The notes beneath the pieces are model-generated. The model saw nothing but the letters and a program-made list of their open reading frames with translations, was not told the DNA's origin and ran no database searches. From an uncultured Collinsella sp. (GTDB lineage: Bacteria; Actinomycetota; Coriobacteriia; Coriobacteriales; Coriobacteriaceae), in assembly GCA_900544865.1 (NCBI GenBank), contig UQXA01000006.1, positions 8,673-72,672 on the forward strand: a DNA stretch of 64,000 nucleotides, read 5' to 3'. Of this stretch, positions 50,809-60,590 are shown piece after piece (position 1 is the stretch's first letter; every line of letters starts with the position of its first letter). Both the position numbers and the translations under genes were made by a program.

Positions 50809-51372
50809 TTAAATTACAGCCCAGTCAACGGCCTCGCGCCAGCGCTCGACAAGGCGTTCCAGGTGCCATGCCGCATTGGCGGGACTTGTCGACGGCAGAA
50901 CGATGGCCGGCAGCCCCGTCCGATCTTGCAAGTAGCGTTTGTAGAGTCGCCCTGCCGTACCGCCGTTACAGACAACGACCTCGATCGGCGCGGCATCGGT
51001 AATGCGCTCGATATGTGCCGGCACAACGTTGCGGATGCTCGCGTCGCTCGAGCCCTTAATGTCGCAGCTCTCAATTGCATCCCACAGGGCCACGCCGCCG
51101 TTCAGCAGCATGGCCCGCTTGGCGGCAATGGAGGCATCGAGCGTCGCGGGCTCACCGCTTGCCAAAGGATCGCCCTCGTTGGGCGGCACAGGCATACCGA
51201 GGCACATGGCCATCACACGCCAAAAGCGATTCTGAGGGTTGCCGTAATAAAAGGCATTGGCGCGCGAAAGCACCGAGGGAAACGACCCGAGCACCAAAAC
51301 GCGCGAACGCTCGTCAAACACGGGCTCAAACCCATGCTCAATATGTTGATAGCCCTCGTCAGACGTTGCCAT
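50809..51372 (-). CDS. Uracil-DNA glycosylase superfamily (deoxyinosine glycosylase-like)
   Basis: LGSFPS, YYGNPQNRFW, LPSTSPAN. Confidence 0.88.
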   Translation of the reverse strand: MATSDEGYQHIEHGFEPVFDERSRVLVLGSFPSVLSRANAFYYGNPQNRFWRVMAMCLGMPVPPNEGDPLASGEPATLDASIAAKRAMLLNGGVALWDAIESCDIKGSSDASIRNVVPAHIERITDAAPIEVVVCNGGTAGRLYKRYLQDRTGLPAIVLPSTSPANAAWHLERLVERWREAVDWAVI

Positions 51373-51375
51373 GGC

Positions 51376-52752
51376 CTAGGCCCTCAGCAGATAACGCACC
51401 TCGTAGGGCGCAAGCTCGAGGGTGCCCGTCAGCTCGACCGTGAGCACACCGTCGGCAAGCAAATCGACAAAAGAGCCGTTGAGCTCGCCGGCGCCAAAGG
51501 TGTAAGGCTCGTCCACGGCGTTCACCGCCACGAGCACCGTCGCGTCGTCGCAGGCGCGCTCGAACAGCAGCTGCTTGTTCTGGATCACCACGTTGCGATA
51601 GGCACCGTAGTTGAAAGCACGGGCCGCCGCGTCGTTTGCCGAGCGCAAGTGCGCCAGCTGCGTGATGAAGGCCGTCAGCTCGTTGGGCGCAGGCTCATCG
51701 AGCGCAGGGCGCAGCGCCCAGTCGCCATCGGGGCCGCCCTTTTCGCCAGGAATCCCCCACTCGCTGCCATAGTAGACGCACGGGATGCCCGGCATGCCAA
51801 AGAGCATGCCGTAGGCGGGACGCAGACACGACTTGTCGGTGAGGATACTCGCCAGGCGCGGCACATCGTGGTTGTCGACAAACGACAGCAGATGTTTGCC
51901 GCGGTAGATGCACCACGGATCGCCGCCAAACTGGCGGTGCAGCGAATGGGCGATCTCGAACATGTTGACCGAGTTAAAGCTGGAGTACAGACCCTTGTAG
52001 CACTCGTAGTTGGTGCAGGAGTCGAGCATCTCGTCGTTGACGATTTGGTTGTAGTCGCCGTGGAGCGTCTCGCCGATCAGCACAAAGTCGGGCTTGAGCT
52101 CACGGGTAAAGACGTGCAGGCGGCGCATAAAGTCGCGGTCGAGCATATAGGCAACGTCCAGGCGCAGGCCGTCGACGCCAAAGACGTCGGCCCAACGGCG
52201 CACGGACTCTAGCAGGTAATCGACCACAGCGGGATTTTGCAGGTTGAGCTTCACAAGCTCAAAATGGCCTTCCCAGCCCTCGTACCAAAAGCCGTCACCA
52301 TAGCAGGAGTCGCCGTCAAAGCTAATGTGGAACCAGTCCTTGTACGGCGAGTCCCACTTACGCTCCTGCACATCGCGGAAGGCCCAAAAGCCACGGCCCA
52401 CATGGTTGAAGACCGCGTCGAGTACCACGCGGATGCCGTGGGCATGCAGCGTCTCGCACACGGCGGCAAAGTCGGCATCCCCACCCAGGCGTCGATCGAT
52501 ATGGCGTAGGCTGCGCGTATCGTAGCCGTGGCTATCAGACTCGAGCGGCGGGTTGATCAGCACAGCGCCAATACCGAGTTCTTGCAGGTAGTCGGCCCAT
52601 TGGGCGATTTTCATGATAGGAGCATCGGGGTTGGGCGCGGCGTTGGCAGCCTGGGCGAGTTCATCCTCGGCAACGGGTGCGGCGTTTTCGCGCGGAGCCC
52701 CGCAAAAGCCCAGCGGATAGATCTGATAGAACGTCGTCTCGTATGCCCACAT
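51376..52752 (-). CDS. GH13 alpha-amylase family glycosidase (cyclomaltodextrinase-like)
   Basis: HGYD, DAVFNH, GLRLDVA, GE, FVDNHD. Confidence 0.92.
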   Translation of the reverse strand: MWAYETTFYQIYPLGFCGAPRENAAPVAEDELAQAANAAPNPDAPIMKIAQWADYLQELGIGAVLINPPLESDSHGYDTRSLRHIDRRLGGDADFAAVCETLHAHGIRVVLDAVFNHVGRGFWAFRDVQERKWDSPYKDWFHISFDGDSCYGDGFWYEGWEGHFELVKLNLQNPAVVDYLLESVRRWADVFGVDGLRLDVAYMLDRDFMRRLHVFTRELKPDFVLIGETLHGDYNQIVNDEMLDSCTNYECYKGLYSSFNSVNMFEIAHSLHRQFGGDPWCIYRGKHLLSFVDNHDVPRLASILTDKSCLRPAYGMLFGMPGIPCVYYGSEWGIPGEKGGPDGDWALRPALDEPAPNELTAFITQLAHLRSANDAAARAFNYGAYRNVVIQNKQLLFERACDDATVLVAVNAVDEPYTFGAGELNGSFVDLLADGVLTVELTGTLELAPYEVRYLLRA

Positions 52753-52823
52753 AACAGCCTCCCGGTAAGCTCAACACAACGACATCCATTGTATGCCCAG
52801 CTTGTATCCTCTCCCCCAAAATA

Positions 52824-52890
52824 AGTTGCGGTGGAATAGTTCCTGTCTGGGCCTTCAGAAGCCTTAAACAGGAACTATTCCACCGCAACT
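52824..52890. repeat. Perfect 23-bp inverted repeat
   Basis: AGTTGCGGTGGAATAGTTCCTGT-N21-ACAGGAACTATTCCACCGCAACT. Confidence 0.85.
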
Positions 52891-52905
52891 GATGAGGGGA
52901 CGTGA

Positions 52906-54102
52906 TTAGGCGACGGGCTTGGCGCGGCGGATGGCCGGAAACAGCACGGTGATGGCGAGGATGACGCCCACGACGGCAATCGCCCCGCCCACAAAGCCGA
53001 TCCAGGCGATACCGGGACCCGAAACCACGGCTCCGCCGATCGCGGTACCCGTGCCGATACCGAGGTTGAACAGGCCCGAGAAGATCGACATGGCGACGGC
53101 CGACGAATCTGCCGGCGTGTGCTTGATGAGCTCGGCCTGAAACGCCACGTTAAAGGCCGTGGCGCAGCAACCCCACAGTGCGCAGACGGCAAGCACTGTC
53201 ACGAGCGACGATGCGGCCGGCCCCATGAGCAGCAGGGCCACCGGCACGCCGGAGAGCGTGATAGCCAAGAACGGGAAGCGATGCCCATCGAACAGGCGGC
53301 CAAACAGCCAGCTTCCGAGCAAACCAGAGCAGCCAAACGCCGTCAGCGTCATGGTAATGGCGCCCGCATCGACGTGCGCGACCTGCGCCAGGAAGGGCTC
53401 GATATAGCTGTAGCTTGCGTAATAGCCGGTCGCCATGAAGACCGTGACTGCATAGAGCGCGATGAGGAGCGGGTTCTTGAGCAGCTCGGGCAGCTGTTTG
53501 ACAGTAAAGCGCTCACCCGCCGGCATGGCCGGGAACACCGCTGCCTGGTAGACGACCGCGATGGCTGAGAGGCCCCCGACCACGGCAAACGTCATGCGCC
53601 AGCCCACGGCCAAGCCAATGGCGCGACCGAGCGGCAGGCCAAAGATCTGCGCGATGGACGAGCCCGTAGCGATCATGCTGATGGCGAGCGCGCCGTGGCG
53701 AGTGTCGACCAGGCGCGAGGCCATAATCGAGGCGACTGACCAGAACACGGCATGTGCGCAAGCGACCACCAGGCGCGCGCAGACCAGGATGGGATAGGTC
53801 GGCGCCACAGCGGACAGGAACTGACCGAGCGAGAACACGGCCAGCACGCCCAGCAGCATCCGCTTGAACTCAAAGCGCGAGGCGAACACCATGAGCGGCA
53901 GCGACAGCAGCATGACGCCCCAGGCATAGACCGAGATCATGATGCCCGCCTGGGCCTCGGTGAGCGAGAACGACGCGGCGATATCAGTCAAAAGGCCGAT
54001 GGGCATAAACTCCGACGTGTTGAACACGAACGCACAGCAGGTGAGCCCGACGAGTGGGAGCCACTGCTTGAGCGTGATGCCGTCTTGCCTTGTCTGAGTC
54101 AT
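52906..54102 (-). CDS. MFS transporter (SotB-like sugar efflux)
   Basis: FNTSEFMPIGLL, ~12 TM segments. Confidence 0.88.
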   Translation of the reverse strand: MTQTRQDGITLKQWLPLVGLTCCAFVFNTSEFMPIGLLTDIAASFSLTEAQAGIMISVYAWGVMLLSLPLMVFASRFEFKRMLLGVLAVFSLGQFLSAVAPTYPILVCARLVVACAHAVFWSVASIMASRLVDTRHGALAISMIATGSSIAQIFGLPLGRAIGLAVGWRMTFAVVGGLSAIAVVYQAAVFPAMPAGERFTVKQLPELLKNPLLIALYAVTVFMATGYYASYSYIEPFLAQVAHVDAGAITMTLTAFGCSGLLGSWLFGRLFDGHRFPFLAITLSGVPVALLLMGPAASSLVTVLAVCALWGCCATAFNVAFQAELIKHTPADSSAVAMSIFSGLFNLGIGTGTAIGGAVVSGPGIAWIGFVGGAIAVVGVILAITVLFPAIRRAKPVA

Positions 54103-54222
54103 ATATAACGTCTCCAATCGTTTTGAGCGGAGGCGATTATATAGCAACGGCCCCGCATCCGTCAGTACAGATGCGGGGCCGAAAACAATTCGATACACAG
54201 AGGTTGCGCCGTCAATTCATAA

Positions 54223-56583
54223 CTAAGCCAACCCCAGCAATATGCCCGCCGAATGCACGACAAACGCCACGATCCAGGCAACGGCGACCTGAAACGCGAA
54301 TACGGCCACGGCATAGCGCGCGCCCAACTCGCTCTTGACGGCGCCGATTGCCGCCACACAAGGCGGGTACAGCAACGTAAAGACCAAGAACACGTAGGCG
54401 GTAAACGGCGAAAACATGGTCGACAGCGCCGCGGGCGACGTTGCGCCCAAAAGCACCGTGAGCGTCGAGATGACGCTCTCCTTGGCAATGAGCCCCGTGA
54501 CGAGCGCCGTCGAGGCGCGCCAGTCGCCAAAGCCGAGCGGGGCCAACACCGGCGCGATGATGCTACCCAGACCGGCAAGCAGGCTTTGCGACTGGTCGGC
54601 GACCACGTTAAAGCGGATGTCGAACGTCTGAAGGAACCAGATGACCACGGTCGCGGCAAAGATAATGGTAAAAGCCTTGGTAATAAAGTCCTTGGCCTTA
54701 TCCCATGCCAGCATCACCGTCGTCTTGACGCTCGGCAGGCGGTAATTGGGGAGCTCCATGATAAACGGCACCGGGTCGCCCTTAAATGCCGTGCGGTTGA
54801 GCACCAAAGCCGCGATGCAGCCGACCACGATACCGATCAGATAGAGTGAGACCATGGCGGGAACCGTCGCCTGCGGGAAAAACGCCCCGCACAGCAAGCC
54901 GTAAACCGGCAACTTGGCTGAGCAGCTCATAAACGGCGTGAGCATGACCGTCATCTTGCGGTCGTGCTCGGATGGGAGAGTACGGGTCGACATGATAGCC
55001 GGCACGGTGCAGCCAAAACCGACGAGCATGGGCACGAAGCTGCGGCCCGACAGGCCAAAGCGACGCAACACCTTATCCATGACAAAGGCTACGCGTGCCA
55101 TGTAGCCGGAGTCTTCCAGAATGGAGAGGAACAAGAAGAGCACGACGATAATCGGCAGGAAGGTCAGCACACTGCCCACGCCCGTAAGCACGCCGTCGGC
55201 AGCCAGCGAGCGCACCACGTCGTTGGTGCCGAACGCCTTGAGGCCTGCATCGGCCGAAGCGATGATGGCAGCGATGCCGTCCTCCATAAGTCCCTGCAAC
55301 GCCGCGCCGATCACGCCAAACGTCAGCCAAAAGACGAGGCCCATGATCAGCAGAAACGCCGGGATGGCCGTATAGCGACCCGTCAGAATGCGGTCGATCT
55401 TGACGGAGCGCACGTGCTCGCGGCTCTCGTGCGGCTTGACGACACAGCGCCCGCACACGTCGCCGATAAAGCTAAAGCGCATGTCGGCCAGCGCGGACAG
55501 GCGGTCGGTGCCGGCCTCGCCCTCCATCTGGGTAATGATGTGCTCGATGGCGTCGAGCTCGTTGCGATCCAGGTGAAGCGCCTCGGTTACCAGCTCATCG
55601 CCCTCGACCAGCTTGGTCGCCGCAAAGCGCACCGGGATGTGCGCCGTCACGGCATGGTCCTCGATCAGGTTAGCAATACCGTGGATGCAGCGATGCAGCG
55701 CACCGCCGTCCGGACCGTCGGGCGCGCAAAAGTCCAGGCGACCGGGGCGCTCGCGGAACCGCGCCACGTGCAAGGCATGATCCACCAACTCGCCGATACC
55801 CTCGTTGCGGGCAGCACTAATGGGAACAACGGGCACGCCCAACAGACTCTCGAGCAGGTTGACGTCCACGGCGCCGCCGTTGGCGGTCACCTCGTCCATC
55901 ATGTTGAGCGCGATGACCATAGGACGGTCGAGCTCCATGAGCTGCAGTGTCAGGTACAGATTACGCTCGATGTTGGTAGCGTCAATGATGTCGATGATGG
56001 CGTCCGGACGCTCGTCGAGGATGAACTGACGGCTCACGACCTCTTCGCCTGTGTACGGCGACAGGGAGTAAATGCCAGGCAGGTCGGTAACGCTCGCCTC
56101 GGGATGGTTACGGATGGTGCCATCTTTGCGGTCGACCGTCACGCCGGGAAAGTTACCGACGTGCTGGTTGGAGCCCGTCAGCTGGTTGAATAACGTGGTC
56201 TTGCCGCAGTTTTGGTTGCCGGCGAGGGCAAAGTGCAGCGGCGCGCCCTCGGGCACGGCCGTCTTTGCCGCACGGGGCGAATACGTCCCCTCGCCCAGGG
56301 CCGGATGCTCCGTCGTGCCGATTGCGGCGTTAGCGCGCGGACCCGTATCGGTGTCGTGAATACCCACGAGCTCGATGCGAGCGGCATCGTCCTTGCGCAG
56401 TGTCAACTCGTAGCCACGCAGGCGGATCTCGAGCGGGTCACCCATGGGGGCGTACTTCATCATGGTGACTTCGGTGCCCGGCGTTAGACCCATGTCCAAA
56501 ATATGCTGTCGGAGTGCCTGATCGTCCGATGCCACCGATGCGACAACGGCGTCCTTTCCAATCTCGAGTGTATCGAGCTTCAC
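54223..56583 (-). CDS. feoB: FeoA-FeoB fusion ferrous iron transporter
   Basis: N-terminal FeoA (LDMGLTPG, APMGDP); GNQNCGKT, VGNFPGVTV, DLPG, NMMD; GTG start after GGAGG. Confidence 0.94.
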   Translation of the reverse strand: MKLDTLEIGKDAVVASVASDDQALRQHILDMGLTPGTEVTMMKYAPMGDPLEIRLRGYELTLRKDDAARIELVGIHDTDTGPRANAAIGTTEHPALGEGTYSPRAAKTAVPEGAPLHFALAGNQNCGKTTLFNQLTGSNQHVGNFPGVTVDRKDGTIRNHPEASVTDLPGIYSLSPYTGEEVVSRQFILDERPDAIIDIIDATNIERNLYLTLQLMELDRPMVIALNMMDEVTANGGAVDVNLLESLLGVPVVPISAARNEGIGELVDHALHVARFRERPGRLDFCAPDGPDGGALHRCIHGIANLIEDHAVTAHIPVRFAATKLVEGDELVTEALHLDRNELDAIEHIITQMEGEAGTDRLSALADMRFSFIGDVCGRCVVKPHESREHVRSVKIDRILTGRYTAIPAFLLIMGLVFWLTFGVIGAALQGLMEDGIAAIIASADAGLKAFGTNDVVRSLAADGVLTGVGSVLTFLPIIVVLFLFLSILEDSGYMARVAFVMDKVLRRFGLSGRSFVPMLVGFGCTVPAIMSTRTLPSEHDRKMTVMLTPFMSCSAKLPVYGLLCGAFFPQATVPAMVSLYLIGIVVGCIAALVLNRTAFKGDPVPFIMELPNYRLPSVKTTVMLAWDKAKDFITKAFTIIFAATVVIWFLQTFDIRFNVVADQSQSLLAGLGSIIAPVLAPLGFGDWRASTALVTGLIAKESVISTLTVLLGATSPAALSTMFSPFTAYVFLVFTLLYPPCVAAIGAVKSELGARYAVAVFAFQVAVAWIVAFVVHSAGILLGLA

Positions 56584-56625
56584 GTCCGTGTTCCTCCCCC
56601 GGCGCCCACAGGGCGTTGTATTTAT

Positions 56626-56658
56626 GTTCACCATGGCTAACCGTTTGCCATGGCTAAC
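56626..56658. promoter_or_regulatory. Tandem palindromic operators upstream of feoAB (candidate DtxR/MntR-type boxes)
   Basis: GTTCACCATGGCTAAC and GTTTGCCATGGCTAAC, 17-bp period. Confidence 0.6.
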
Positions 56659-56760
56659 CAATTGTAACCATGCATGATAGCGCGAACACACAACGACGTT
56701 CAATCGACAGATCGCTGCGATGGGAATTCTGGGCCATTGCTTCCCAGACGGGCCTGCTGC

Positions 56761-56929
56761 GGAAACCGCATCCCACTCTGGAACACCTAAACGGGATGAG
56801 CTTTCCGGTTGAGGCATCTAGCGGAAACTGCAGCCCGGAATCGGCGCTCAGACTGGGATGCAATTTCCCAATGGGGCCCTCGGGGAAACTGCGGCCCGGA
56901 ATCTGCTCTCGAAACGGGACGCGGTTTCC
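56761..56929. repeat. Array of three 46-bp hairpins
   Basis: GGAAACYGCRKCCC-N18-GGGAYG...TTTCC starting at 56761, 56823 and 56884. Confidence 0.85.
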
Positions 56930-57220
56930 CCGAGGACCGAAACAGCCGCCCGCCCCTCGACAAAATGATCCGTTCCCTCCGTCGCATGCGGAACATCCAA
57001 GGAGTGTCCCAGGGTGCCGGCACAATAGGAACGTCCCCAGCTGCCGGCAGCATTTCGCCGCAACAGCAAAAGCCCGCGCTGGCAACAAATGTCACCTGAG
57101 CGGGCTTGGTGGGCGCTCACAAAGGCACGTTACAGAGGCCCACGTCAGTTATGGATTACCGAACGGCACCGGCACGCGATGCCTCCGTCGGCTTACCAAG
57201 CGATGAAGCTTGCCGCAGTC

Positions 57221-58684
57221 TTAGACTATCGGCGCAATGCCGGCAAAGTGCAGATACAGCGAAATGATTGCCACGACAATGACCACCGCTGCGATCAGCT
57301 TGTCGTGCAGATGCGGAAGCACCGGTTTACCGCGGCCTCGCTCGCCCAGCATATAAACGGGAATGGCCGGAGCAAAAAGAATCGTCGTGATCATAACGCC
57401 CTGAAGACCCGTCGACCACACCAGGAACAATGTGTAGATGAAGCCGAGCGTACCGAAGAAGCGGGCTTTGCCGACGCTGGGCGCATGCGGCCCGTCCAGA
57501 TGCTCGTTCTTCCAGCCAATCACCATGTAATAGGCAGCCGAGCAGACATACGGAACCAGAATCGTGTTGACTGCGCAGCTATAGAAGAACTGGTAGGTGC
57601 TCGCCGCCACATACGACACGATCAAGAAGAGCTGCGTGATGCCGGAGCTCACGAGAACCGTTACCACCGGGGCGTCGTGCTTGTTCGTCTTGGCAAACGC
57701 CAGAGGGAAGGATCCCTGGCGCGCCGCCTCGAACGGCGTCTCGGACGCAATGATGACATAGCCCAGCAGCGCGCCGACCAACGAAAGGATAACGCCAAGG
57801 TTTACGATGGCAGCACCAACCGGACCGATTGCGCACTCGAGAATTCCCGCCATGGAGGGCGTTGCAAGCTGTGCCATCTCCTCGCGCGGCATAATGCCGA
57901 GCGACAGCATCGAGATGATCAGATACAGCGTGAATACAGCCGCAAATCCGAGCGCCGTCGAGCGGCCGACGTCACGCACGTACTTTGCACGGCCCGAGAT
58001 AACGACAGCGCCCTCGATGCCCGTGAAGACCCAGACAAGGGCGATCATGGTCGAGACAACCTGCTCGCCAAAGCCAGGACCAGCCGGCTCTCCCCAGAAG
58101 TTGTCCATAAAGATATCGACGTTGAACTTACCCAGGAGCACGATACTCAGCACAAAGAGCCCCAGCGGCACCAGCTTCGCCAACGTGACGATCGTGTTAA
58201 TGCCCGCAGCCTCCTTAACGCCACGAAGCACAAGGGCGGTAAGGAACCACAAAAACACGCTGGCGCAGACGATAGAAAGCAGGTTGTTACCCGCGCCAAA
58301 CGCAGGGAAGAAATAGCCCAGCGCGCTAAACAGCAAGAGCGCAAAGCTCACGTTGGAAAGACATGCGCTGATCCAGTAGCCCCAAGCGGAGTTGAATCCA
58401 ATGTAATCGCCAAAACCGGCCGCAGCGTATGCATAGATGCCGCCGGTCAGGTCGGGACGGGCCTGAGACAAACCGTTGAACACCATCATCAGCGCAAAGA
58501 CGCCAATAAAGCAAATTCCCCACGAGACGATAACCGCACCGGTATTTGCCCCACCTGCTGCCATATCGCCGGCAAGCGAAAAGATGCCGCCACAAATACT
58601 GGCGGTAATGACCATCATGGTCAGACGAAAGAGATCGAGGCCATTAGGGTCGATAATCTCTTCATTTTGAGCTTTAGAGGCCAT
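57221..58684 (-). CDS. ArcD-like basic amino acid antiporter (APC family)
   Basis: GGIFSL, GGIYAYA, NSAWGYWIS, WVFTGIEGA. Confidence 0.9.
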   Translation of the reverse strand: MASKAQNEEIIDPNGLDLFRLTMMVITASICGGIFSLAGDMAAGGANTGAVIVSWGICFIGVFALMMVFNGLSQARPDLTGGIYAYAAAGFGDYIGFNSAWGYWISACLSNVSFALLLFSALGYFFPAFGAGNNLLSIVCASVFLWFLTALVLRGVKEAAGINTIVTLAKLVPLGLFVLSIVLLGKFNVDIFMDNFWGEPAGPGFGEQVVSTMIALVWVFTGIEGAVVISGRAKYVRDVGRSTALGFAAVFTLYLIISMLSLGIMPREEMAQLATPSMAGILECAIGPVGAAIVNLGVILSLVGALLGYVIIASETPFEAARQGSFPLAFAKTNKHDAPVVTVLVSSGITQLFLIVSYVAASTYQFFYSCAVNTILVPYVCSAAYYMVIGWKNEHLDGPHAPSVGKARFFGTLGFIYTLFLVWSTGLQGVMITTILFAPAIPVYMLGERGRGKPVLPHLHDKLIAAVVIVVAIISLYLHFAGIAPIV

Positions 58685-58793
58685 TGTATGTGCACCCCCT
58701 TCATCATGTGATCGAACGAAAGATGGCCCGGACGTCCCGAATCGGGTGCCGGGCCATCGGTCAAGCGATCATCAGACTGTTACAGCTACCGCG

Positions 58794-59570
58794 TTAGAAG
58801 CGCAGCGACAGGCAAGAAAGGCCGCCGTCGACCTTGCGATACTCGGAGGTGTCAACGACGAGTGTCTTGTAGCCCAGATCCTGCACGGCCTTGAGCACAG
58901 TCGGATAGCCCTCGGCAACGATGACCGTACCGTTGACCCAGATGCAGTTGGCGCCGTACGCCTCGTCCTCGGGCACGACGATCTTGTTGTACTGGGCAAA
59001 GTCGGGCTTATCGATGAACTCACCAGAGACGAGCATGTTGTTGTCCTCGATGTAGTTGACGCCCGTCTTGAGGTGCAGGACCTCCTCCAGCGGAACCTCA
59101 GAACCCTCGAGGCCCCAGCCCTCGAGAATCTCACAGAACTGGCGGATGCCCTCTTCGTTGGTACGAGCGGAGCGACCGACGTAGAAATGGTCACCGACCA
59201 TCATGACGTCGCCGCCGTCGAGCGTGCCCGGAGAAACAATGTGCTTGACATGCTCGTCGTCAAAGAAGCGACGGACGGCCGGCTCGATCTCGTCCTTCTC
59301 GCCGTTGCGGCTATCGGCACCGGGGTTGGTAATGATGGCGCCGCAGCGAGTGATGACGGCCGGATCTTCGACGAAGCAGCTGTCGGGATACTGCTCGAGT
59401 GCCGGCAGCACCGACACGTCAACGCCGCACTGCTCGAGCGCATGCTCGTAATCGTAGTGCTCCTCGATGGCGCGCTCGTAGATGGGCTGGCCAAGCTCGG
59501 GGGCACTCGTGATGCCATTGCTCAGGGACTTGCCGGGGCGGCGGATGATGACGTGGCTGAACTTGGTCAT
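58794..59570 (-). CDS. Dimethylarginine dimethylaminohydrolase (DDAH)
   Basis: PDSCFVED, LDGGDV, LHLKTG, C-terminal DGGLSCLSLRF (catalytic His/Cys). Confidence 0.88.
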   Translation of the reverse strand: MTKFSHVIIRRPGKSLSNGITSAPELGQPIYERAIEEHYDYEHALEQCGVDVSVLPALEQYPDSCFVEDPAVITRCGAIITNPGADSRNGEKDEIEPAVRRFFDDEHVKHIVSPGTLDGGDVMMVGDHFYVGRSARTNEEGIRQFCEILEGWGLEGSEVPLEEVLHLKTGVNYIEDNNMLVSGEFIDKPDFAQYNKIVVPEDEAYGANCIWVNGTVIVAEGYPTVLKAVQDLGYKTLVVDTSEYRKVDGGLSCLSLRF

Positions 59571-59661
59571 GATGATCCTCCTTGGATCTCTTAGCAGAGA
59601 GCGGGACTTCTTCGCGCCCGCCTTCCTTTCGATGGCTTTATCTTAGGGCGGTTTTCCTGTT

Positions 59662-59679
59662 TTGTATATTGTATACAAT
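59662..59679. promoter_or_regulatory. GntR/FadR-type operator
   Basis: Perfect palindrome ATTGTATACAAT (59668-59679) plus half-site TTGTATA in the ddah/gntR divergent region. Confidence 0.7.
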
Positions 59680-59825
59680 CCTGAACGGTAGGTTTTCTTC
59701 GGTAAGCGTATTCTTACGTATCGGCGCAAAGTAGCATGATTTAGCTGGTCGTTCTATAATTCAACTGAGCTATTCAAGTGAAACGTATTTGCTTTTAGAA
59801 ATATACCGTTAAGGAACATAGGCTC

Positions 59826-60476
59826 ATGGAAACGCTCAGAAGGCCCCTGAAAGACCACGTATACGACTACATTTCGAGCCGTATTGACGCCGGCGAGCTT
59901 TCGGCCGGCGACCGGCTGAGCGAGCAAGCGATCTGCGACGCCATGGGCGTGTCGCGCACGCCGGTCCGCGAAGCGCTCATCCAGCTCGCAAGCGACGGTT
60001 ATCTGGACAATCTCCCCCGCCGCGGATTCCGCGTCCGTGGGTTCGATCAGCAAAACGCCGTTGAAGTCTTTGAGATTATGGGGCCGCTCGACGGGCAGGC
60101 CGCATACCTCGCCTGTCCGAACCTAACCGACGATGACATTACGCAGCTTAAATTTCTCGTCGGCTCCATGGACCTCGCGATCCAAGGCGGTCTCATCCGA
60201 AAGTACGACGACATTCAGCGAGACTTTCATCTAACGTACTTCAACCGCTGCGGCAACGACCGTCTGCGCGATATGATCTCGCAGCTCGAACGCTGCTTTA
60301 TCAAGCGCGATTACGAAACTGTCGACCAGGAAACGGCGTGTAAACTGCTCAATAAAGCCAACAACGAACATGCTCATATTCTTGAGTTGTTCGAAGCACG
60401 AGATGCGACGGGCGTGCGCGACTACGTTCGCGATGTCCATTGGAACACAGAAAACGCCCAGTTCACCGTCTGGTAG
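59826..60476 (+). CDS. GntR family regulator (FCD domain)
   Basis: GVSRTPVREAL HTH; FH motif. Confidence 0.93.
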   Translation: METLRRPLKDHVYDYISSRIDAGELSAGDRLSEQAICDAMGVSRTPVREALIQLASDGYLDNLPRRGFRVRGFDQQNAVEVFEIMGPLDGQAAYLACPNLTDDDITQLKFLVGSMDLAIQGGLIRKYDDIQRDFHLTYFNRCGNDRLRDMISQLERCFIKRDYETVDQETACKLLNKANNEHAHILELFEARDATGVRDYVRDVHWNTENAQFTVW

Positions 60477-60514
60477 GAAAGCAATGAAGGTGGATTTTCG
60501 GAGGCTTTACTGAT

Positions 60515-60578
60515 GAGGGTGGATAATCTCCCCCTTTCGGCCGAAAAGCAGACCAAAAACGGGAGATTATCCACCCTC
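60515..60578. repeat. 18-bp inverted repeat between convergent genes
   Basis: GAGGGTGGATAATCTCCC-N28-GGGAGATTATCCACCCTC. Confidence 0.8.
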
Positions 60579-60590
60579 GTGATGCGCAGC

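Noticed and set aside
56654..57206. Overlapping small ORFs in the feoB-antiporter spacer
   Set aside because: They arise from repeat and hairpin DNA; no RBS or protein-like composition.
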